A stretch of DNA of 64,000 nt from a virus (lineage: Duplodnaviria > Caudoviricetes): the IMG/VR virus record IMGVR_UViG_2936514734_000001, positions 1 through 64,000 of that record, one strand, 5' to 3'. A program made the translations under genes and the position numbers. A model generated the notes under the pieces. It did not search any database. It was not told where the DNA came from and was given only the letters and a program-made list of their open reading frames with translations. Below, piece after piece: positions 57,239 to 64,000 of this stretch (positions within the stretch are counted from its first letter, which is position 1; each line of letters starts with the position of its first letter).

Positions 57239-58009
57239 ATGGAGTACTTGCAAAATTACCTATCTGTTTTACCTGACTACGATAGAAAAGAAGTAGAGCA
57301 GCTTATTCAGGACAATATGGATTTATTCGATGTAAAAGCAATCACAAAAGAAGAATTCGAAGCCCTTTTAAATCAATTAGCTAATCGAAGTGAAAAGGTT
57401 ACAACCTTAGAACCTACAGGTGACAAAGTAGATGCAGAACATTTTAACACAATGCACTCTAACGTCGCGCTTGATTTAAAACGCTTATATAATTCTCACT
57501 CTATTTTAGAGAAAGTAATTGCAAACTACGACAGGATTTTAAGAGGTACACTCGATGATGTAAAAAGAGAAGTGGATTCTCTTGCCACTCGTGTAGAGGA
57601 ACTAAACCTTAAAGCAAAAGGTGAGGATGGGTTAGTTATTAAAACATATGGTTTTGATGAAAAAGAAAAGAATCTTTACATGGAAACAGACCGAAATAAA
57701 TATGCTCATTTGTTTTTAGATAGAGACGACAAACCCCTACCTAATGCAGAATTAAACCGTAGTTTTCAACAGCATTATTTATCTTTACCTATACGTGAAG
57801 TAGAAAATGCATTACAAGATAGTAGTGGAAAAGTAACCGCTAAAATTGAAGTTCAAACAGTTAGTCCTAATGTTATTACAGATGAAAATCATCCGCTTAA
57901 ATATGCAATCGATGAATCCAAAGATACGTATTGGGCACAAGCAGTTAAACTGAGTGAACCAGCCTATACTGAAACAACGAAAATATTTAAAGACATACAA
58001 AAGATGTAG
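57239..58009 (+). CDS. Virion protein: N-terminal coiled-coil third of a split paralog
   Basis: Start reassigned to ATG 57239 (RBS gaggaggtg); DLKRLY coiled coil; ends soon after YAIDESKDTYW. Confidence 0.6.
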   Translation: MEYLQNYLSVLPDYDRKEVEQLIQDNMDLFDVKAITKEEFEALLNQLANRSEKVTTLEPTGDKVDAEHFNTMHSNVALDLKRLYNSHSILEKVIANYDRILRGTLDDVKREVDSLATRVEELNLKAKGEDGLVIKTYGFDEKEKNLYMETDRNKYAHLFLDRDDKPLPNAELNRSFQQHYLSLPIREVENALQDSSGKVTAKIEVQTVSPNVITDENHPLKYAIDESKDTYWAQAVKLSEPAYTETTKIFKDIQKM

Positions 58010-58024
58010 AAAGGAGGATTTTAA

Positions 58025-58975
58025 GTGAATAGTGTTACGTATATTGAGCAGCAGTTTTCATTTTCTGTATCTGAATTTGAAGGTTTGTGGTCAATGACAT
58101 TTATGCATCCTTACAATAGGGAAGAACATCTGAGTATTTATTTGGTTGCTCCTAATAGTGATTATGACGAAAGTAAGATAACCGACGACAAACCTATTGT
58201 AGAAGCAGGGCCAAGGTTAACTGACTTTTTAAATCATCTATTATATAAGATTGAATACTATCCATATACTTGGGATTTAGCCGGTAAGAAAATTGTATCG
58301 TTTGGATATGACTTTGAATGTGACTATAATGGTACGTCTCTAACTGAGATTGATTTTACAGAAATCGCATTTAAAGAAGTAAACGAATACTACAACTTCT
58401 TCTCACCGCTTGAAGCAGATATAGTGACCCCTGACGAAACAGTAAGTGGAAAAGGTGTTATGGCAAAATTAAAGATTACATTGGATAAACCAAAGTATGT
58501 CAATCACTTAAACATTGATTATTTTACAGAATATCCAATCGAATTATTAACCCTTATGTATAGAGCAGATGAAAGTTCAGATGCTACTATCTATGAAATT
58601 CCGCTATCTAAAGCTGTTCAAACAAACAGTTCTATTCATCTTCATTTCTCCCCGGTTTTCGCTAAGACTTTTTATCTAATCATCAAGCAAGAATCTTATA
58701 CCCTATTAGATGGTTCTAAATCTGAGGCAGATATCAGTAAAGAAGAAATATGGAAGCAAGCTTCTACAGTAAGCAAATCTATGTATGAAGCCGCTGTTGG
58801 TGATTACATTAGTCAATTATTCGCAACAAAATCTGCTGTTGATCTACATCAAACGATTATGGATAGTTACCAAAACATAAACAAAAATCTCACTGATCCT
58901 TCAATGGAACCTATGAATGAATATAGAAATGATTTTAATAAAATCAAGACAGTTCTTGATAGTCAACAAAGATAG
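58025..58975 (+). CDS. Virion protein: discoidin-like middle third of a split paralog
   Basis: LKITLDKPKYVNHLNID...FSPVFAKTFYLIIKQ. Confidence 0.55.
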   Translation: MNSVTYIEQQFSFSVSEFEGLWSMTFMHPYNREEHLSIYLVAPNSDYDESKITDDKPIVEAGPRLTDFLNHLLYKIEYYPYTWDLAGKKIVSFGYDFECDYNGTSLTEIDFTEIAFKEVNEYYNFFSPLEADIVTPDETVSGKGVMAKLKITLDKPKYVNHLNIDYFTEYPIELLTLMYRADESSDATIYEIPLSKAVQTNSSIHLHFSPVFAKTFYLIIKQESYTLLDGSKSEADISKEEIWKQASTVSKSMYEAAVGDYISQLFATKSAVDLHQTIMDSYQNINKNLTDPSMEPMNEYRNDFNKIKTVLDSQQR

Positions 58976-58989
58976 AGAGGAGGATACCT

Positions 58990-60210
58990 TTGGGTACAAA
59001 TAATTTTGAATATGCAAGCAAACCAAAAACAGTATCTGTTCAGAACCAAACAACTCAAGCGAGTAGCAAAACTCCTGGTCCGCTGCCTTCCTTACTAAAT
59101 GGAGAGACAGCTAGTAAAAAGATAAATAGTTCAACAGGCTATGTATACCAATATGGCATTAAGAATATCGGATTAAGTCATTCTCTATACAGCCAAGCAG
59201 GAATCTTTGTAACTAAGCCAATTGATGTAGAAGGTAACATTGTAGAGGTTTCATTGTCTACATCTGAAGACCATCCTTTATTTAATGAATTAGATGGAAT
59301 GGCTACAGATCGTGTCACCTCAATCGAATACTATATTTCTTTAGAAGAAAATCCTTCACCAAATGATTGGGTTCCTATTCTTCCAGAAGAAACTAAAACA
59401 GTTAAATGCGAGAAGCTTTTCTTTCAGGGTTCTAGTGCAAGGCTTAGATTTACAGCTGATATAAGCGATGAAGAAAATACAGATGTATATAAAAACAACA
59501 TCTTAATTAGTAAGGATGACTGGTACTTTACAGATCGTGGAGCATCTATTCAACTCTCTGCTCCCCGTGATCAAAGTGCAATATACACAATCGATTATGT
59601 ACCTGACTCTGATTTATTAGATCCTTGGACAGTTAAAGTAGGAGATAGGTTCTCTAAAAGAGTTAGACAAACTGAACACTTCCCGAACGGAACGGATTCT
59701 AACAACACTATTAAGCTTTCTAAGTATCCTTTCATTGATTACGACCTAGTGAATCAATCTTCAAATTATGACCCAAATAAGAGTGATTACAGGCCCATAG
59801 ATGTATTCCTAACTGACGCAACAATTACTTCTGGTAACGGTCAAATCCAGAAAGAGTTTTATCCAATGGCGTACTCTAATAAGGAAGAGTTTATTACTAA
59901 GAACTGTACCGACTATAAAAACAGCAAAGATGCTTCATTGAATAAATACAGTATTAATCCTGATTCAACTTATAAAGTAATGGAGTATAAACAGGAAAAG
60001 AATAAGCTTATCTTTACAGAGAGCTTTAACCGTTCAAATCTATACTACAACGAAGCTACAAATCACGGGAATGCTACTATTGTCGTTCAATATGATTACC
60101 TTGTAACAAGTTTCCGCTTGAAAATTATCCTTAGAAAGAATACAGGTGATGAACTGGTAGTGACACCTTTAACAAACAGCTACCAGTTAAAATTCAAAGT
60201 TATGAAGTAA
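58990..60210 (+). CDS. Virion protein: C-terminal third of a split paralog
   Basis: YQYGIKNI...FVTKP...IEYYIS...WVPILP...FRLKIILR. Confidence 0.55.
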   Translation: MGTNNFEYASKPKTVSVQNQTTQASSKTPGPLPSLLNGETASKKINSSTGYVYQYGIKNIGLSHSLYSQAGIFVTKPIDVEGNIVEVSLSTSEDHPLFNELDGMATDRVTSIEYYISLEENPSPNDWVPILPEETKTVKCEKLFFQGSSARLRFTADISDEENTDVYKNNILISKDDWYFTDRGASIQLSAPRDQSAIYTIDYVPDSDLLDPWTVKVGDRFSKRVRQTEHFPNGTDSNNTIKLSKYPFIDYDLVNQSSNYDPNKSDYRPIDVFLTDATITSGNGQIQKEFYPMAYSNKEEFITKNCTDYKNSKDASLNKYSINPDSTYKVMEYKQEKNKLIFTESFNRSNLYYNEATNHGNATIVVQYDYLVTSFRLKIILRKNTGDELVVTPLTNSYQLKFKVMK

Positions 60211-60223
60211 AGGAGGTGCTAGC

Positions 60224-62005
60224 ATGGAAGCTCCTGTTATTGAATCAAAGATTCTAGAACAACAAAAAGAATATTTACTAGAGCAAGCTAAAGTAAGACT
60301 AGGTAGTGCCGCTACTCAAGAAGAAGTATCTCAATTAGCCGATGAAATTTTTTATCGTTATCAGTCTTGTATCGGTAGACCTTTATTTCAAGCCAGACAG
60401 GTAGTGTATGGAGAATTACCTTTCTTGGAAGATTACTATGAGAACAATAAAGAAATGGAGAAAGATTTAGCCATTCTTTTTTCAGAGTTAAACACGATTG
60501 CTACTTATCTAGTTGACTACTTTAATTATTCTCAATCTGAAAAAGAACGCATTATGACGATTGTGAGAGGGATTAATGGTGTAGTGACAGATCTTCAAAT
60601 GTTAACAGAAGAAACTACACCTAACACAGTATATCTAAAGGAGTCATTTACGAACTACGATAATGTAGATGTTGACCTTACGGATATTGAAAACCGCTGT
60701 ATGATCCACACCGAAGAAGGGGTTTTAACTTTACGCCGTACAGGTGCAACAAATCGAAGCATCGGAAGTAAAGTCCGAACCATTCAAGGAAATGGAATGA
60801 AGGGTACATATTATTTAGCTCGTAAAATATCTGCAGAAACCGATTACGATAATTATGAATATGTTTCTACTCAGATAACAAATGATTCCGAAGATGCATT
60901 GATTGATGGTAACGTTGATACTGTTTATGAATATCAACTAGTAAACATTCCTGAAAGCTATAAAAAACAAGCATCTTATTATGATGTAGAGTGGGCAAAA
61001 GGGGATGAACATAATGATTTGTTAAGATTGAAAATTGTTGTTCAACTACCAGAAGTTCAAACAATTAACTGGATTGACTTAAAACCCTATCATGCCGCGG
61101 GAAGTCCTGGTACTGTCAATGTCTATTCTGTTCGTACATCCGCTGATGGAATTAACTACAAAGGCTTATTCCAAGATGATGAATTTGTTTTGAGTCAGCA
61201 GGTTAACGGAACTCCACAAAGCTACCGAGCTGAAGACTTATTTGACGGTAGTGAAGATTTTGCTAATACGAAATTCACAGGGCAGGGCGTATGGAGTTTT
61301 CCTTCAAGAGAAGCTAAATACATTGAATTTGTATTAGAGCAACCTAACTCATACAAAGAACTATTAGGACAGGAAGCATACTATAGAAGAAAAGCGGATT
61401 CTGGTTCGTGGACACGTATTCCCAAACAAGAAGTTCCTAGTAATATCGTAGATGAAAAATACGGTATTCATACAGTTAACGGAGATTATGAAATTAAAAA
61501 AGTTTTAGAGACTGTTGAAGGTTGGCGTTATGCTATTGGTGTTCGTGACATCCAAATCATGAGCTTTGAATTTGATGAAGCAAGTGAATATATTAGTAAG
61601 CCTTTTAGAGTGGAAGATGGCATTAAAAAGTTATTACTTTATGCCAATGAAAAAGTTCCTTCTATTTATAAAGATACAGTAAGTGAGTCGAACGATTGGA
61701 TTCAATACGCTGTATCTTTTGATGATATTGATTGGTACCGTATCTCTCCACAACATCATCAACCTGTAAATGATTCTTTCCCCGCTAAGATTCTTTCTAT
61801 AAATGACAATGAATCCGACATAGCAAGCGCATTTGAGCTTCATAAACAAAATATAAAGTTAGGTGAATTACCTACTCAAGTACGCCTTAAGATTACAATG
61901 AAGCGCCCTGAGAAGAGTAAAGAAGATGAAATTCCGCTTCTTAACACAACGCCTATGGTTGAAGACTTTGCTTTAAAAATTCTCACAGAACAGAAAGAGG
62001 TGTAG
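60224..62005 (+). CDS. Virion protein with coiled coil and discoidin-like domain
   Basis: DLAILF; ALIDGNVDTVY; SFPSREAKYIEFVLEQ; YAIGVRDI; WYRISP; VRLKITMK. Confidence 0.6.
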   Translation: MEAPVIESKILEQQKEYLLEQAKVRLGSAATQEEVSQLADEIFYRYQSCIGRPLFQARQVVYGELPFLEDYYENNKEMEKDLAILFSELNTIATYLVDYFNYSQSEKERIMTIVRGINGVVTDLQMLTEETTPNTVYLKESFTNYDNVDVDLTDIENRCMIHTEEGVLTLRRTGATNRSIGSKVRTIQGNGMKGTYYLARKISAETDYDNYEYVSTQITNDSEDALIDGNVDTVYEYQLVNIPESYKKQASYYDVEWAKGDEHNDLLRLKIVVQLPEVQTINWIDLKPYHAAGSPGTVNVYSVRTSADGINYKGLFQDDEFVLSQQVNGTPQSYRAEDLFDGSEDFANTKFTGQGVWSFPSREAKYIEFVLEQPNSYKELLGQEAYYRRKADSGSWTRIPKQEVPSNIVDEKYGIHTVNGDYEIKKVLETVEGWRYAIGVRDIQIMSFEFDEASEYISKPFRVEDGIKKLLLYANEKVPSIYKDTVSESNDWIQYAVSFDDIDWYRISPQHHQPVNDSFPAKILSINDNESDIASAFELHKQNIKLGELPTQVRLKITMKRPEKSKEDEIPLLNTTPMVEDFALKILTEQKEV

Positions 62006-62008
62006 GAA

Positions 62009-64000
62009 ATGTCCATTAACATTAGACAAAAACGATTTACTGTAGCAGTTAATCAAATACTTCAAGAAGAATTACAAAAAGGAAATCTTCCTACATCAAA
62101 AGAATTCGCTACACGTTTAAATAAGTTACTCAGAGAGCAGGATCTAGCTGCTCCTGAGTATGACTTTAGACGCGTGCGTAATAGTGAATTAGCTGAATCT
62201 GCATTCTACAATGAAGTAGTTACAAAGATTCAAAAAGACCTCATGATTCTTTATGAAAATACGATTGCTGTTCATAATGAATTACAAGGTAAGTTTAATT
62301 GGTTTGAAGTAGAGAAAAATCGCTTGGAGTATACAGCTAGAAAATTAGAGGCCGAGCTTAAAGAGAAGATTCTTCTGTACGGGAAAACAGGTTATTTAGC
62401 TAGTGTATTTGACACTTTCGATGATGTATCAAAGATAGATACAGAAGATAATGTTTCTATAGATATTAAAAACCATCAAGTAACACTTAAGCAGCAGGAA
62501 AATACATCGTTCCTTATTACACCTACAAGTAAGATTAGCTTTTCTATGCCGAGTACCGCTACATCCACTTTTAAAAAGATTCCTATTTCCGGCAAGATCG
62601 AACACGCTCTCAATACAAATAACAACGAAACATTTCAAGAGGTCTGGTTGGCTAAGTCAGAAGGGCCGGCAGATGGATTTATCAATATCGATTTTCAAGA
62701 GAAGCAGGTCTTAAACCGAATAGATGTAAGTGTTCATACTTTAAAAGATGTAACAATATACGTGGAATTTACATCTGATGGAACTAACTATTATCACCTT
62801 CCTTACTATCCTGAAGGTAAAATCACAAACAACAGTCTTTCATTCTTTTTCCCTACAACGGAAATGAAGAGTATGCGTATATGGATTAGAAAACAAGAAA
62901 GCGATAAAGAAGTCGTTCACCCTCAAGGGTATTCGTATCAATATTTATTCGGCGTTAAAAAGATTCAATTCTTTCAACTAAGCTTTCCCGCTAGTGGAAA
63001 GATTGTCACTAAGATGCTCACACCTAACACTGACGAGAACTTCTCAATAGGCAAAGTATCCTTGGTAACAGAAGAAGAAATCCCCGATGGTACAGATATT
63101 GAATACTTTGTACGTGTAGATGAAAACGAAAACTGGAAACCTATTTCACCTGTTAATCGTGAAAGCGCAAAGGCTCCAAGTATTATTGATTTCAAATATG
63201 TAGTAAAGGGAAGTCCTACTAGTCTAGGCATTACTAGTAATACCAGCGGTCAAGAAGCTGAAATTATTGAGTTACAAGCTAATGGCATTTCGTTTTATTC
63301 TTTAGGTTCAATTGAGAAGCGCAAAATCATTCCTCGTACAGAGCGTTTATATATAGGAAAAGATGCTTGGAGTATTCAAAAAACAGAGCAAGATTTTGGT
63401 GCTACTCATATTCCTACTATGAATGATTGGAAGCAGCCCCCTAATGAAATTACTAAGTCTGTGATGCCCATTAAAGAGGGTAATCGCGGTGTTATCTTAC
63501 AGGAAGAAACTTTCACAAAACATACTCAACTTTATTATGGAATGGGTATTTATTATGAAGGGCAAGAGCAAGTTCTTTCTACAATTCCATCCTCAACAGA
63601 ACCTATTGCTATTTTCTTAAATGGTGAAAAACTATTTGAAGGCATTCCTTCTGCACAAACAAATGTTAACTACAAGTTCAAGCAGGGGTGGAATGACGTA
63701 ACAGTTTTAGTTTACGTACAAAGCTTAAGTAGATCCTGTACGATTGACCTAGGATTTGACCCAATTACAGTTAGTACACACTGCTATGCATCTAGTCAGC
63801 CACTAGAAAATGTCTCTGTATTTGACCTTCGTTATAATACAAAGAATAACGATTGGTCTAAGTACGCGCTTTACGAGAAAGATGGAAAAGTCTATATTGT
63901 GGTTAATCATTCGTTACCAGGTGTAACTTATGATTTTTATTATGACTATGTAGATGAAGTAGAACATCGAGAAGTTCAATTAAAAATCTCTTTAAAACAA
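62009..64000 (+). CDS. 3'-truncated paralog of the preceding virion protein (absent from the ORF track)
   Basis: ATG at 62009 with RBS gaggtg; MSINIRQKRF...DLMILYE...YLFGVKKI...IEYFV...WKPISP...VQLKISLKQ; frame spot-checked to the window end. Confidence 0.75.
   Translation, partial: MSINIRQKRFTVAVNQILQEELQKGNLPTSKEFATRLNKLLREQDLAAPEYDFRRVRNSELAESAFYNEVVTKIQKDLMILYENTIAVHNELQGKFNWFEVEKNRLEYTARKLEAELKEKILLYGKTGYLASVFDTFDDVSKIDTEDNVSIDIKNHQVTLKQQENTSFLITPTSKISFSMPSTATSTFKKIPISGKIEHALNTNNNETFQEVWLAKSEGPADGFINIDFQEKQVLNRIDVSVHTLKDVTIYVEFTSDGTNYYHLPYYPEGKITNNSLSFFFPTTEMKSMRIWIRKQESDKEVVHPQGYSYQYLFGVKKIQFFQLSFPASGKIVTKMLTPNTDENFSIGKVSLVTEEEIPDGTDIEYFVRVDENENWKPISPVNRESAKAPSIIDFKYVVKGSPTSLGITSNTSGQEAEIIELQANGISFYSLGSIEKRKIIPRTERLYIGKDAWSIQKTEQDFGATHIPTMNDWKQPPNEITKSVMPIKEGNRGVILQEETFTKHTQLYYGMGIYYEGQEQVLSTIPSSTEPIAIFLNGEKLFEGIPSAQTNVNYKFKQGWNDVTVLVYVQSLSRSCTIDLGFDPITVSTHCYASSQPLENVSVFDLRYNTKNNDWSKYALYEKDGKVYIVVNHSLPGVTYDFYYDYVDEVEHREVQLKISLKQ

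Noticed and set aside
93-63231. Many short minus-strand and out-of-frame ORFs in the track
   Set aside because: They lie inside long + strand genes and show no recognisable motifs; treated as shadow ORFs.

Overview
A gene-dense, AT-rich 64 kb block, coding entirely on the + strand, from the virion-morphogenesis region of a large contractile-tailed (myo-type) phage or phage-plasmid of a Bacillus-like host (inferred from strong GGAGG ribosome-binding sites and LysM/M23/NlpC/SLT domains). Gene order: a 5'-truncated giant protein with a degenerate thermonuclease domain; a 2453-aa protein; a 2443-aa thermonuclease/hub fusion; two paralogous multi-domain peptidoglycan hydrolases; split spike, gp25, J-like and I-like baseplate genes; many fibre/adhesin genes; and a paralogous coiled-coil/discoidin family running off the right edge. 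Highlights: (1) the 2453-aa protein is a single-chain two-barrel RNA polymerase (beta then beta' motifs, RYP...GDFDGD) fused to an intact DEDDh exonuclease, and it occupies the tape-measure position between two nuclease-domain virion genes; (2) three adjacent fibre genes show a donor-strand-complementation signature (base, self-polymerising shaft, tip), suggesting a pilus-like phage fibre; (3) a recurring intergenic AATGGTTA motif is a candidate phage-specific promoter; (4) several genes appear split. All assignments come from reading motifs by eye; no searches were run. No tRNA, rRNA, CRISPR array or transposase was recognised.
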